From: Acinetobacter phage vB_AbaSt_W16
Sequence record: PP174317.1
DNA: 64,000 nt
Direction: 5' to 3' (one strand)
Part shown: positions 46,950 through 56,925 of the stretch, piece after piece
Layout: every line of letters begins with the position of its first letter
How positions within the stretch are numbered: position 1 is the stretch's first letter
Made by a program: the position numbers and the translations under genes
The notes under the pieces: generated by a model
Told to the model about the DNA's origin: nothing
Databases searched by the model: none
The model's input: only the letters and a program-made list of their open reading frames with translations

Positions 46950-47264
46950 TTAAATTTTGAAAAGCGGTTTAAATACAATATTTCTATTTTTTAAACCATC
47001 TTCAGACACTGATTGTATTTCGAGGGGATCGCCATTTAAAATACGGCTAAGAATTTTAGTTTCTTCCGACCAGGACTCCGATTGAACTGGTAAAAATTCT
47101 AAGGCCCAATCAATCCAATTTCGCACATGTTTGGCATCAATGGACCATTCTAATATAGCATTATGGACAGTATTGCAAACTTGACGTTTTGATTCCGTCG
47201 AGTTATACATTAAATGTTTGCTATATTCAATTTCACTGGCTATAATTTGAATACGAATTGTCAT
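46950..47264 (-). CDS. hypothetical protein
   Basis: 104-aa ORF. Confidence 0.35.
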   Translation of the reverse strand: MTIRIQIIASEIEYSKHLMYNSTESKRQVCNTVHNAILEWSIDAKHVRNWIDWALEFLPVQSESWSEETKILSRILNGDPLEIQSVSEDGLKNRNIVFKPLFKI

Positions 47265-47470
47265 TTGTTGGCCTCAAACGGTATAAGTTCTATGCCTTCT
47301 CTTTTATACATCCGTAATGCATGGCGTAACCCTCTTGCATTACAAAGACCTGGATATATTGTGAATCCAAATATAGGAGATTGCTTATCCATCCGCATTT
47401 TCACATCTACTGTACCGTCTTCATTAAGTCTGACTAACTTTGCATCTTTTCTTGAAAGCATTGAAATCAT
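47261..47470 (-). CDS. hypothetical protein
   Basis: 69-aa ORF. Confidence 0.3.
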   Translation of the reverse strand: MISMLSRKDAKLVRLNEDGTVDVKMRMDKQSPIFGFTIYPGLCNARGLRHALRMYKREGIELIPFEANK

Positions 47471-47478
47471 TTTATTAC

Positions 47479-47808
47479 CTATTTTAATGGATGCATTGTA
47501 ACAGTAGCATGAGTTTCTGACGCATTGGTAAACACATATTTGGCTTCAGCTTCTAAGAATACATATGTATTCTTATCCGTTTCTACTGTTAATTTAGAAA
47601 TATTTTCATAGTCTAATGATATTAATTTATCTTGATGATCGGGCAAGTTAAGAAGATTTACAGTAAATTTCATCTCATCAAATCCATGAAATTCACCATA
47701 ATCACTCACATTAGTTGTGATATTTTTAATTGAGATTTCAGCTGGTTCAAATTTAACTGAGCCTTCATCACCCATATATCCAAATTCAATTTCAATTTGC
47801 ATCTTCAT
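47479..47808 (-). CDS. hypothetical protein
   Basis: 109-aa ORF. Confidence 0.35.
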   Translation of the reverse strand: MKMQIEIEFGYMGDEGSVKFEPAEISIKNITTNVSDYGEFHGFDEMKFTVNLLNLPDHQDKLISLDYENISKLTVETDKNTYVFLEAEAKYVFTNASETHATVTMHPLK

Positions 47809-48415
47809 TTACCATTTCATCAACAATTTCTGCAACGTGTTCACTCCACCAACGAGCAGTTTGTGGACGCTCTAATTTATCTGCAAATCGACGTAACTCA
47901 TCTGGTGTATATTCAATAAGAGGAATCCACTTATTATGCAAATGCTGACGTTTTTCTCTTTCAATCGTCTCTTTGTTTTTATTAACAAAAAGCGCTTTCA
48001 TTTGACCTTCGTCTTGATTAACAAATAAATCAAAAGGGATATTATTAAAACTGAAACGTTCAGTTTCATCACCTGAATAATCATCTTCATCTGGATCTTC
48101 AGTGCAGACGATATTTACCATAGGTTCACGTTTTTCAATCCAATTGAATCCTGTTGATTTCGCAATATTTTCAGGTGTATGTGGGGCCGAAGGGTCATAA
48201 TCTGGATTTGGTGGATATGTAACAACTTCATGATAATATGCTTCAATACTATATCCAGGATATCGAGACGTCATCCAAGACGGTAAAAGGGCTGTACAAA
48301 ATTTACCGTCTGTGTGCAACTGTAATAAATTAACAGCTTTAGCTACAAAGTGTTCAGCCGTTGAGCGAATATTTTGCTCTGCTTCATCTCTTAGTTTAAA
48401 GATATTTTTGTTCAT
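47792..48415 (-). CDS. hypothetical protein
   Basis: 207-aa ORF. Confidence 0.4.
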   Translation of the reverse strand: MNKNIFKLRDEAEQNIRSTAEHFVAKAVNLLQLHTDGKFCTALLPSWMTSRYPGYSIEAYYHEVVTYPPNPDYDPSAPHTPENIAKSTGFNWIEKREPMVNIVCTEDPDEDDYSGDETERFSFNNIPFDLFVNQDEGQMKALFVNKNKETIEREKRQHLHNKWIPLIEYTPDELRRFADKLERPQTARWWSEHVAEIVDEMVNEDAN

Positions 48416-48780
48416 ATTTCACCGCCCAATGAATTAATAAGATAAACAAATGCTTGAGATATTAAAGATAATGCAATTGCGGCAAATATACTATAATCTT
48501 TAAAAATTGCAACAGACGTAATTGTACAAATCGCTGTACATGTTATCCATACTAATGGTTTAACTTTATCCCAATGATTCATCCAAGACCATGTAGAAAT
48601 ACCCAAAATTACATAATATAAAATAAGCTCAAATACATTTGTATCAATTGCAAGGGATGTAAAAAAGAATGCGGACATTAAAGCCGAAAGTCCGCATACT
48701 TTATATAAAACTGTATTACCAACCATATGGATGCTCACCATGACGTAAGTTATAATAAGGGACATGTAAAATATTTTCAA
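48412..48780 (-). CDS. integral membrane protein
   Basis: 122 aa with three or four TM helices. Confidence 0.4.
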   Translation of the reverse strand: MKIFYMSLIITYVMVSIHMVGNTVLYKVCGLSALMSAFFFTSLAIDTNVFELILYYVILGISTWSWMNHWDKVKPLVWITCTAICTITSVAIFKDYSIFAAIALSLISQAFVYLINSLGGEI

Positions 48781-49186
48781 TAAAATCTTCTTTAATTAGT
48801 CGAAGTTTTATATCAGTAATACTTTTACCTAATGCATGCGCCCGATCATTTAAAGAAATTGCTTGTTGAATTGCTTTACCAACTGCGCGTTGTTTTTGCG
48901 CTAAGTTATAATCAATTTTTTCCAAAGATTCAATGCGAATTTGTGCTCTATCGACAATGTGACTTTGTGTACGCGCAAGATGCGTATAATTTTCTTCCAA
49001 AGCCCGTGTAATTTTATATTCAGCGTCTGTAATAAGCACATATTGCGCTCGAATATGTGCTTTTATACGTTCGCGGTCAAGTCGAATAGATTTACCTTGT
49101 TCACGAAGTTTTCGGATAAATTTAAAAATACCTAAACGCATATTATTTTCCTCTGTGATCACTATTTTCATATCATTCACATTCAA
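48716..49186 (-). CDS. hypothetical protein
   Basis: 156-aa basic ORF; the start is uncertain. Confidence 0.35.
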   Translation of the reverse strand: MNVNDMKIVITEENNMRLGIFKFIRKLREQGKSIRLDRERIKAHIRAQYVLITDAEYKITRALEENYTHLARTQSHIVDRAQIRIESLEKIDYNLAQKQRAVGKAIQQAISLNDRAHALGKSITDIKLRLIKEDFIENILHVPYYNLRHGEHPYGW

Positions 49187-49469
49187 TAATCAATTCATGT
49201 ATATAACCATTATCATCTTCGAATTTAAAAATCGTTTGATGATTACACATACTCCACACTGAGCTGACAATAGGTTTCATAAATTCGTCGCTGATTCTAC
49301 CTCCAACGAATTTATGGCCCATAACATTATGCAACGGGTGACGCAACGCAAACCCAAGCATTTCTAAACTTGGAACACAAACAGTAAACTTACTTTGCGT
49401 CACACGTTTTAATTTGCCAAACCAACGCTTTTTATATGTGTATTCTTGGATTCTAAATTTACGGCTCAT
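49173..49469 (-). CDS. hypothetical protein
   Basis: 98-aa ORF. Confidence 0.35.
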   Translation of the reverse strand: MSRKFRIQEYTYKKRWFGKLKRVTQSKFTVCVPSLEMLGFALRHPLHNVMGHKFVGGRISDEFMKPIVSSVWSMCNHQTIFKFEDDNGYIHELIIECE

Positions 49470-49494
49470 AATTATTTCCTCAAAAGAATATAAT

Positions 49495-49992
49495 TTATTC
49501 TATCGAGATTTCAAAGTCTTGTACACTGTTTTTAGAAATTTTATCTGTAATAAAATCTGCACAAATTTTAGCTATTTCTAAATCAGATTTCCCACGCACA
49601 GCTAATGCTTCATATGATTCCGTAATTGCCTGAATTAGCATAAAGTCGCTAGATGAAAATTCCTTTAAAAACTTTTTAGCTTTTGCAAAATTAGCTTGTT
49701 TAATAATTTGCAAGCACTTATCAAACCATTGCTGTTTAATATATTCTTCATCAATAGCAAGAGTTAAGTGCCGAGCTATATCAAATGAAACTCGAGGATT
49801 AACATCTTCAAAGTTCATAAGATTAAGAGTTACTTTATGCTCATCTTCTTTGCTCGGTTCAATTTCAAGTCGTTTAATATCCGATAATCGAATAATACCA
49901 AATGGGTCATTTGCTTCAAGAATCGCATAAACATTACGAGCTATTTGTTGAATTTGATCTTTTGATTCAACATACTGATTTAAAACGTCCAT
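49495..49992 (-). CDS. hypothetical protein
   Basis: 165-aa ORF. Confidence 0.4.
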   Translation of the reverse strand: MDVLNQYVESKDQIQQIARNVYAILEANDPFGIIRLSDIKRLEIEPSKEDEHKVTLNLMNFEDVNPRVSFDIARHLTLAIDEEYIKQQWFDKCLQIIKQANFAKAKKFLKEFSSSDFMLIQAITESYEALAVRGKSDLEIAKICADFITDKISKNSVQDFEISIE

Positions 49993-50351
49993 TAGATTAT
50001 ACCTGTTGTCATCATTGTAAACAATTGATCATTTGTGTAATGTTTCCACATTGGCCCAAGAGCTTCTTGAGTTTCATCATATAATTCATTAAATTCAGAA
50101 TTATATGTTTTACATAAAATTTCAAGTTGACTGTATTCAATACGCTCAATATCACCAGACTGCTGGCTCCAATTAAGATGAGCTTTATCAAATTCACTTC
50201 TATTAACATCTAATGCTTTACGCAAAAGAGCAGCAGATCGAGCTTTCCATGGATTATCATTAGATAATCCCGACTGATACTCTGCTTTTAATTTCAATAC
50301 GTCTGTATTGATTTTTTTAATAACTTCAAGATATTCAAAAATAGTATACAT
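49992..50351 (-). CDS. hypothetical protein
   Basis: 119-aa ORF. Confidence 0.4.
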   Translation of the reverse strand: MYTIFEYLEVIKKINTDVLKLKAEYQSGLSNDNPWKARSAALLRKALDVNRSEFDKAHLNWSQQSGDIERIEYSQLEILCKTYNSEFNELYDETQEALGPMWKHYTNDQLFTMMTTGII

Positions 50352-50352
50352 A

Positions 50353-51393
50353 TTAAATTTTCCTATATTTCATCATACGAACTTTAGCCATTAACCCTGA
50401 TGCATAGTTATTAAGAATATAATCTTCAATCTGTTCAGGTGTCGCACCATCTTTAACAATCATATCATTAATATCTTTAGATGGCCACGGCGCAGAATCC
50501 CAAAAACAAACGTTTTCTCCTGCATCAATAAGAGATTGCATACGTTTAAGAGTGTCTTCATGTCGGCATTCATTATCCATAACCCATATGCGATTGCCTT
50601 CATATGGGACCTGGTCCAGACTTAATTTACCACCTGTAATCGCACATGCATTTGATAAAAATAAACTGTCGAGTGGACCTTCTAACATTAATACTGGTTT
50701 CGATTCATCGACTGTATCTTGGCCATAAATTTTTGTCGATTCTTCATCGACTTTAATAGTTATATATTTTACGCGTGATTCTTTAAGTGCTCTTCCTTGA
50801 AAAGATTCGATTTGACCATCTTTATTAAAAATCGGAATGACTAATCGATACTCAGGCATTACTTTTGCAAATGTACCGGGTTTAACTTTATTACAAAGCT
50901 CTTGCCATTGCGATGTAAACCATAATCGATTATACTTTTCAGTGGGAATCTTTCGAGCTTCAACATACTTAATAATTGGATGGGATTTTGGTAAAGTATC
51001 CAATCGTTGACAATAATCCAATTTTTCAATATGTTTTACTACGTCAGCCTTTTTAGGCTGAACATATAATTCTTTACCTGGTTGTGTGTATCGATTATTA
51101 GTTTTATGTGCACCCTCTTTAAACTGCGCCATTTGGTAATTTTTAAATGCATCTTCATCATATTCACGTAAAAACATACCAAAGCTATTTGAATAATCAC
51201 AGTTATAGCAGTGAACGAATTTTGTACCCTTATGTTCATAATACCAAAATCGAGCCATAAAAGCATCTTTTGCTGAGTCCCCACACACAGGACAACTACA
51301 ATTTAATTTAAGGGGCATTGCTCCTACTTGTTTAAAGTTTCTCTGTAAAGAGAAATATTGCAATGCGTATTCATCATCAATAAAACTACTCAT
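50353..51393 (-). CDS. 61: DNA primase gp61
   Basis: Zinc ribbon CPVCGDS...HCYNC, Toprim (LEGP.DSLF), RVWVLDNE.RH.DT and NDMI..G.TPEQI are colinear with T4 gp61. Confidence 0.92.
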   Translation of the reverse strand: MSSFIDDEYALQYFSLQRNFKQVGAMPLKLNCSCPVCGDSAKDAFMARFWYYEHKGTKFVHCYNCDYSNSFGMFLREYDEDAFKNYQMAQFKEGAHKTNNRYTQPGKELYVQPKKADVVKHIEKLDYCQRLDTLPKSHPIIKYVEARKIPTEKYNRLWFTSQWQELCNKVKPGTFAKVMPEYRLVIPIFNKDGQIESFQGRALKESRVKYITIKVDEESTKIYGQDTVDESKPVLMLEGPLDSLFLSNACAITGGKLSLDQVPYEGNRIWVMDNECRHEDTLKRMQSLIDAGENVCFWDSAPWPSKDINDMIVKDGATPEQIEDYILNNYASGLMAKVRMMKYRKI

Positions 51394-51410
51394 CTCAACC
51401 TCAAATAAAA

Positions 51411-51430
51411 AGGGACCCTATTAGGTCCCA
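51411..51430 (-). terminator. rho-independent terminator
   Basis: gggacc-ctatta-ggtccc hairpin preceded by an A-run. Confidence 0.5.
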
Positions 51431-51445
51431 TTATATAATATAAAA

Positions 51446-51946
51446 TTAAAAAGCGTCCTCGTTATCCTCTTCAATTTCTGAAATAACGTCTTTTAATTTA
51501 GTACGTTTTTTACCAACTGTTTGTGGACCTGCTGAAGTCACTGCACCCGTAGTTGTACCTGACGCAATTTTTTCTGCATTTCCGCCTGCATCACCGGCCG
51601 TCATTTCTTCTGTAAGTATTTGAATACCTTCAGTCAATTCAGCAAGTTCAGACTCTGTAAGACCAAAGCGTGTGCCGATTGCCGATATAGAACTAGAAAT
51701 TGTAGCCCATGTGCTAGCGCCGGGAACAGTTGAAACCATTTTCTTAAGAGTACGCACAGCACCATGAAATGGAGTGTATGCACTTTTTTCTTCGTCTGTT
51801 TTTGGACGTTTAATAACATTTCCACGTTCATCAATTATACCAACCTGGAACGCTTTCCACTCGCTAAAATCTTTTTGCATTAAGCGGATAAATCTATACG
51901 CAAAGGCCGAATCTAATGCGGTTTTAGCCGCGCCTGCAATACTCAT
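51446..51946 (-). CDS. hypothetical protein
   Basis: 166 aa with a low-complexity A/G/T-rich C-terminal half and an acidic tail. Confidence 0.4.
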   Translation of the reverse strand: MSIAGAAKTALDSAFAYRFIRLMQKDFSEWKAFQVGIIDERGNVIKRPKTDEEKSAYTPFHGAVRTLKKMVSTVPGASTWATISSSISAIGTRFGLTESELAELTEGIQILTEEMTAGDAGGNAEKIASGTTTGAVTSAGPQTVGKKRTKLKDVISEIEEDNEDAF

Positions 51947-51977
51947 AACCTTCTCCTAAAGAAAGTATTTACCTTAA

Positions 51978-52328
51978 TTATATACGCCACCGTTTTGTGT
52001 ATGTTTCGGCAATTTGAAGTTCTTCTGGACCAAATCCAACTAATTTTAAATCATCTTTTTCCAGGCCAAAGAATTTCAAAAGATACTTCGATTCAAAAAT
52101 GGCACGATCGATACACTCTTCAATCGTTAAATCATGTTTTGTTTGATGACATGCATATTCTAAAATATTATCCGTATTAAAAATTGCCAGTTCTTTTAAG
52201 TCAGTGCGTACCGCACGTAAAAAGAACTGAGCGTTACCCGAACTTTCATATGCGCGTACAATCTGTACTGCTACTTCATTAATGCGCGGGTTCTTGTCTA
52301 CCATTTGAATTTCCTCAATTCTTTTCAT
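51978..52328 (-). CDS. hypothetical protein
   Basis: 116-aa ORF. Confidence 0.35.
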   Translation of the reverse strand: MKRIEEIQMVDKNPRINEVAVQIVRAYESSGNAQFFLRAVRTDLKELAIFNTDNILEYACHQTKHDLTIEECIDRAIFESKYLLKFFGLEKDDLKLVGFGPEELQIAETYTKRWRI

Positions 52329-53421
52329 ATTTGTTAATGCTACGTAAATAGTTTTCTACTTCATAATCTGTATAAGGTAGACCAGTATCTTTAATCAATT
52401 TAATTTCTTTCATGAAAGCAACATATGACGCATAACATTTAATTGGCGCTGCTGGTAAATGGCCATATTTGTGTGCTGCAACATTAAATTTTATGTGCAG
52501 ATCCATTACCTTTTCCATATGCTTAATTAAATTTTTATGACGCTTGGCGCGTTCGATCGATTTTGTCGCAAGCATCTCATTTACCCAATAAGATTCAAGA
52601 GAATCGATCTTTGTCCATTCGCTTAATTTTGGCGCACCACCTTCAATCGCACGTAAGAAGTCTTCGGCCAATTTAAACATTGATTCGTTTGATTCAAAAT
52701 AGTAAGGAATTCCATCATAAGAACGTCCTACATCATCACCATTAAAAGCTTTGCCTACGACCATTTCATTATATGTTTCGTCTTTGTATAAGCGATACAC
52801 ATTTATTTGTTCAAAATTAATTGAGGATTCCGATTCAATTTCAATTGCAATATTCTTGCTAACATAAATGCCTGGTTTTATGAATTCGGGATACGTACTA
52901 AACTCTATAACTTTACCAAATGGAGTCGGTTCGACTTTAATAACACCCGCTTTTATTTCTAATTCGATAGTATTAAGTACAGATTTAATTAAATCCGGCG
53001 AATCATTCCCATCGATAAGCATTGTATTGCTAGGCAAAAGCATAATAGTATGTTTAAAAGTTGGGCAAGAAATTGTAATTTTTTTCGCAGCATTTTTACG
53101 AGTAAAAATTTCAGGTGCAATGCCGGCATCTATTTCATACATCGCTGAGTTAAAAGTATACTCGGTTTTATTTGTAAATCGATGGAAAAAGTATTCAAAC
53201 TTTTCAACCATTTTTAATAGTTCTGACGGAGAAGGGCTTTTTACATTAAAGTCTGTGTCACGAGAGGCATCAATTGGAGTTGTAGATGAAACTACTTGTG
53301 CTTCGTCTGGTTTAAACCCAAATAAATTAGACCAAAATCCCATTTTAATATCCTCAAAAATTGCTGTAATTGCATGTTTTGCAGATACGATGATCTGCAT
53401 GGCCAGGTTTATTGTGATCAC
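52315..53421 (-). CDS. hypothetical protein
   Basis: 368-aa ORF; the start is possibly the internal MGFWSN. Confidence 0.4.
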   Translation of the reverse strand: MITINLAMQIIVSAKHAITAIFEDIKMGFWSNLFGFKPDEAQVVSSTTPIDASRDTDFNVKSPSPSELLKMVEKFEYFFHRFTNKTEYTFNSAMYEIDAGIAPEIFTRKNAAKKITISCPTFKHTIMLLPSNTMLIDGNDSPDLIKSVLNTIELEIKAGVIKVEPTPFGKVIEFSTYPEFIKPGIYVSKNIAIEIESESSINFEQINVYRLYKDETYNEMVVGKAFNGDDVGRSYDGIPYYFESNESMFKLAEDFLRAIEGGAPKLSEWTKIDSLESYWVNEMLATKSIERAKRHKNLIKHMEKVMDLHIKFNVAAHKYGHLPAAPIKCYASYVAFMKEIKLIKDTGLPYTDYEVENYLRSINKYEKN

Positions 53422-53533
53422 CGCACTTGTCTAATGACGATTGACATTTAGGACATTTTCTTAAAGGCGATGAAAACTTTTTAGAACTATTACGTTTAGC
53501 TCCTTTACCATCACGATTACTCATAACCATCTC

Positions 53534-54310
53534 TTATATAATTTTCCAATCAGACCATTCTGATTTATTTGAATGTAATCTATTATACATTACTTTTCGG
53601 GTAATGTGTAACTTTTCTCTTGCTTCTTTTTGCGTTGCGTATATAACGCCATCAATTGAGACTTTAGTGGCTTTTGGGTTACGTTCGGTAAATAACTTAC
53701 GAGCTGATTCTTTTTGCTTGTCGGTTGTAGTCCCGCCTTTATTCCAGTGGTTTTCTCCTGATAATGCTTTACTAATTTTTTCTTTGTGTTCTTCAGAACA
53801 CGGTACTCCTTTGCGCGGGTTGTTTTTAAGTTGCCATTGTCGATTCTTTTCAATAGATTCTTTAGAAATTACTTTACCTAAATTAGAAATTCTAATTTTT
53901 TCTTTATGTTCTTCTGACAACGGAATTCCTCTAGTAGGATGATTTTGTAATAATTTCAAACTGAGCTTTTCTTTTGTTTCTTTTGTATGACGTCTACCTT
54001 TAAACCCACCTCCAGCGGCTAAAGATATATTATACCCATTTTTATAATTTCGAGAATCATAAAAAGACACCCATTTATTTTCATGTTTAAAATATTCTGA
54101 TCTATTGTATTCGCCTAAACTTTCTAATATAACAAAATTGAATGATTTTTCACCATATTTAATGTAAGCTCTTTGCAAATGAACATTTATGTGTTTATTC
54201 ATTTGCAAATCTTTTAAATGACGTTTATAACGTTCTACAAAATTTTTAGCTGATCCAATATAAACTTTGTTATTAATAGTGTTCACTATTTTATAAATCC
54301 CGCCTGACAT
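53534..54310 (-). mobile_element. GIY-YIG homing endonuclease gene (Seg-like) with NUMOD3 repeats
   Basis: GIYKIVNTINNKVYIGSAKNF..R...H is the GIY-x10-YIG motif; there are two NUMOD3-like repeats (RGIPLSEEHKEKI, KGVPCSEEHKEKISKALSG) and a C-terminal DNA-binding tail. Confidence 0.8.
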
Positions 54311-54341
54311 ATATGTATACCTTTTAATTTATTATACATAT

Positions 54342-54656
54342 TTATATTGGATAGCAGAATGCCCATGACGCGTGATAAACAGAAGCGCCTTTAGTATCAT
54401 TCATACAAACCATATCAACAGGACATACTACGCGATAAATCTTTGGTTCACCGCCAAATTGATTACATGCACGTCCGGCATAAACTTTAGCCAAACCAAG
54501 ATCAGCAGTAAAAAATACTCGATCGAGATTTTTATTACGGCCTTTTTCTGATAAAGTATCAGACACAATAGGGGGTAACAACATGTTCTCAATCCCACAT
54601 GCACTTGAAGAGCCGTGATAAAACACTTTAACTTCAGCAGGAAATAAATTGACCAT
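54342..54656 (-). CDS. hypothetical protein
   Basis: 104-aa ORF containing a YHGSSS motif. Confidence 0.35.
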   Translation of the reverse strand: MVNLFPAEVKVFYHGSSSACGIENMLLPPIVSDTLSEKGRNKNLDRVFFTADLGLAKVYAGRACNQFGGEPKIYRVVCPVDMVCMNDTKGASVYHASWAFCYPI

Positions 54657-54706
54657 GATTGTTACCTTAATTAGTTGATGAGTTTATTATACACCAGCTT
54701 GGTTAA

Positions 54707-54904
54707 TTAAGTACACCACTTTTTGCACCCTTTTGCATGATAAACAGGTTCTTGAGGTACTCCATCTTTAATTATAAATCCCATTGCAGTGATTGGCGTA
54801 CCATTAACATCATTTAAGAATGCACTATGCACTTGAACTTCACCTTTACCATGAATAGTAATTGATTGATCACATTCTGACGATACGTATTTTTTAATTT
54901 GCAT
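54707..54904 (-). CDS. hypothetical protein
   Basis: 65-aa ORF. Confidence 0.3.
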   Translation of the reverse strand: MQIKKYVSSECDQSITIHGKGEVQVHSAFLNDVNGTPITAMGFIIKDGVPQEPVYHAKGCKKWCT

Positions 54905-55223
54905 TTTTCAATTCTCCGCATTTATATAAAAATTGTTCAATATTTGCATAATAACTTTCTTGGCCTGTAACATCAACACCACCATTCATAGTGAATGCTA
55001 ATGAGCGACATGTTTTTGCAAGTTCATTTGTATCGTTATATGTAACATCTCGATTTGAATTACCTTTCATACACATTTTAAAGTCTTCACGAATTTGAGC
55101 CCGATTGACAATGTTGTTTTTAACTAATACGCGATTTGAATCACCAATTTCGCATAAAGGCGTTTCAACCTGTTTTAAACACCCTGTGAATAAGATAGGT
55201 AATAAAAGAAGTACGTATTTCAT
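54894..55223 (-). CDS. putative lipoprotein (second copy of this class)
   Basis: Signal peptide with the lipobox LFTGC; a Cys-rich periplasmic domain of about 90 aa. Confidence 0.5.
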   Translation of the reverse strand: MKYVLLLLPILFTGCLKQVETPLCEIGDSNRVLVKNNIVNRAQIREDFKMCMKGNSNRDVTYNDTNELAKTCRSLAFTMNGGVDVTGQESYYANIEQFLYKCGELKNAN

Positions 55224-55225
55224 TT

Positions 55226-55483
55226 TTATTCATCCGCGATTAATTGAATTGTTGTTCCAGCAGGACAGATATCCCAACCCTGAACAGACGGCCAGGTTTT
55301 AGAATGATACCCAATTTGAAAAGAGGGTTCAAATGTCTTAGCATCAGCTTGTACAACTGTGCCCTCTTGGGCTGATGTAAACAAAACTGTAATACAATGA
55401 CTAGAATTAGGGTGCATACGACGTCTAGCCAATAATGGGAATTTGAGTTTTGTTGGACCGTTTAATTTAAGAATACATTTCAT
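55226..55483 (-). CDS. hypothetical protein
   Basis: 85-aa ORF. Confidence 0.3.
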   Translation of the reverse strand: MKCILKLNGPTKLKFPLLARRRMHPNSSHCITVLFTSAQEGTVVQADAKTFEPSFQIGYHSKTWPSVQGWDICPAGTTIQLIADE

Positions 55484-55489
55484 TTTTAA

Positions 55490-55765
55490 TCACCCAAAGC
55501 TAAGATTTGAACCGGTTAAAACTGCACATAAATCAGATACCGCTCCTTCAATATTGTTATTCCAATATTCATTTTCCCATGTAATAAATGTTACATCGCC
55601 TGTGCGTGTTTGAACAAGTAAAGTAATATCTTTATACTTGATTTTAACAACATACTTGTCATCGGTATGTTCCAATGTAATTTGACGCATTGAACCGCCA
55701 TTAATTACCCATAGTGAACCTGGATATTGTTGTGTAACAATCGGTGAAATTTTGTGCTTAATCAT
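55490..55765 (-). CDS. hypothetical protein
   Basis: 91-aa ORF. Confidence 0.35.
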   Translation of the reverse strand: MIKHKISPIVTQQYPGSLWVINGGSMRQITLEHTDDKYVVKIKYKDITLLVQTRTGDVTFITWENEYWNNNIEGAVSDLCAVLTGSNLSFG

Positions 55766-55822
55766 TTTAATTTCCTCATTTAAAATGCTTTATTGCATTT
55801 GATGTAGCCATTATAGTAAAAA

Positions 55823-55846
55823 AGGTTATGCTTGTACATAACCTTT
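55823..55846 (-). terminator. rho-independent terminator (TGTACA-loop family)
   Basis: aggttatg-cttgta-cataacct hairpin preceded by an A-run. Confidence 0.5.
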
Positions 55847-55860
55847 TGAATAATTTTTAA

Positions 55861-56334
55861 TCATTTAAACCATTTTGGTGGATTACGTTTAGACCACTTT
55901 GCAAGATGTGCTTTTTCATTTGAATACAAGCTACGATAATGTTTAACTGCATTTTGATAATGAATTTTGCCTGGCATAACTGCTACAAATTCAGTTAATT
56001 TATTTTTACCCCCGGGAATACGTTCGATTGAATCAATAAGTTCAGGAATTAAACGAGAACTCGCATGTACTTTTCCATAACGATGCGTGTATTCGGCAAA
56101 TAATTCAATAACCAAATTTAATAAGTATTCAAAATTTTGGCGAGATTCCATAACCCAAAGTACGCTTGGATGATTTTTATGTGTTGCTTTATATAAAGTT
56201 TCACTTTCAATTCCATTTAAACGACATACAGTAGAAAGAATTTGGCAATATTCGACACACATTTTAACAACGTGTTTATCACAATGTGCTTGTGCATTGA
56301 AAGATGGATTCACATCAAAAAGAAAAATATTCAT
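55861..56334 (-). CDS. hypothetical protein
   Basis: 157-aa ORF; the N-terminal MNIFLFDVNPSFNAQAHCDKHVVKMCVEYCQ looks like a conserved domain I cannot name. Confidence 0.4.
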   Translation of the reverse strand: MNIFLFDVNPSFNAQAHCDKHVVKMCVEYCQILSTVCRLNGIESETLYKATHKNHPSVLWVMESRQNFEYLLNLVIELFAEYTHRYGKVHASSRLIPELIDSIERIPGGKNKLTEFVAVMPGKIHYQNAVKHYRSLYSNEKAHLAKWSKRNPPKWFK

Positions 56335-56344
56335 ATTAAATTAC

Positions 56345-56887
56345 TCACTTAAATTTTGTAAATGTAATCAAACGGATTACACGGTCACATTCCGAGATTA
56401 GAAAATCAACTGCGTTCCAACGAGCGTTATTAAGCCATATTGTACCACGTCTTGATTCATGATCAAACTCTCTTTTACCTCCAATTGGATATGCAAGTTG
56501 GCCATAATGACAATTCCAACCGTCAAAAGCATCGCGAGTTTGTTTGGCTAAAGCTAATCGGTGCAAAGGAACTGCACCGCAAATACCGCGAGATAACGAT
56601 ACGGTATTTTCTAAGCTTTTAATATAAACGCGATATGATTTTTTATCATGTCTTACAGAGCATTCCTGTAAAATATCTTTAGCTTGAACTAAAGATACTA
56701 ATTGTGTTTTAAGAGCTTCCATTTCGGCAACTGTTATACAATCAATACCATATAACTTAATTTCCGTATTTCGCATTGTTTTTGCACGATATCGTGTATA
56801 TGAACCATCATATTTTTCAATGGATTGTAAAATATAAACTTCTCCACGGTACAAAACTTTTGTACCTAATGGTATTTTGTCATACAT
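56345..56887 (-). CDS. YPxGG/LWxN-family protein (paralog 3 of 4)
   Basis: RGICGAV...YPIGGKREFDHESRRGTIWLNNARW. Confidence 0.45.
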   Translation of the reverse strand: MYDKIPLGTKVLYRGEVYILQSIEKYDGSYTRYRAKTMRNTEIKLYGIDCITVAEMEALKTQLVSLVQAKDILQECSVRHDKKSYRVYIKSLENTVSLSRGICGAVPLHRLALAKQTRDAFDGWNCHYGQLAYPIGGKREFDHESRRGTIWLNNARWNAVDFLISECDRVIRLITFTKFK

Positions 56888-56925
56888 TTCAATTTACTCA
56901 TTATTAATTGATATAATCTATAATA

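Noticed and set aside
53590-53942. Overlapping ORFs 53590..53853 (-) and 53604..53942 (+) within the homing endonuclease gene
   Set aside because: They are produced by the repeated NUMOD3-encoding nucleotide modules of the Seg-like gene and are not independent genes.
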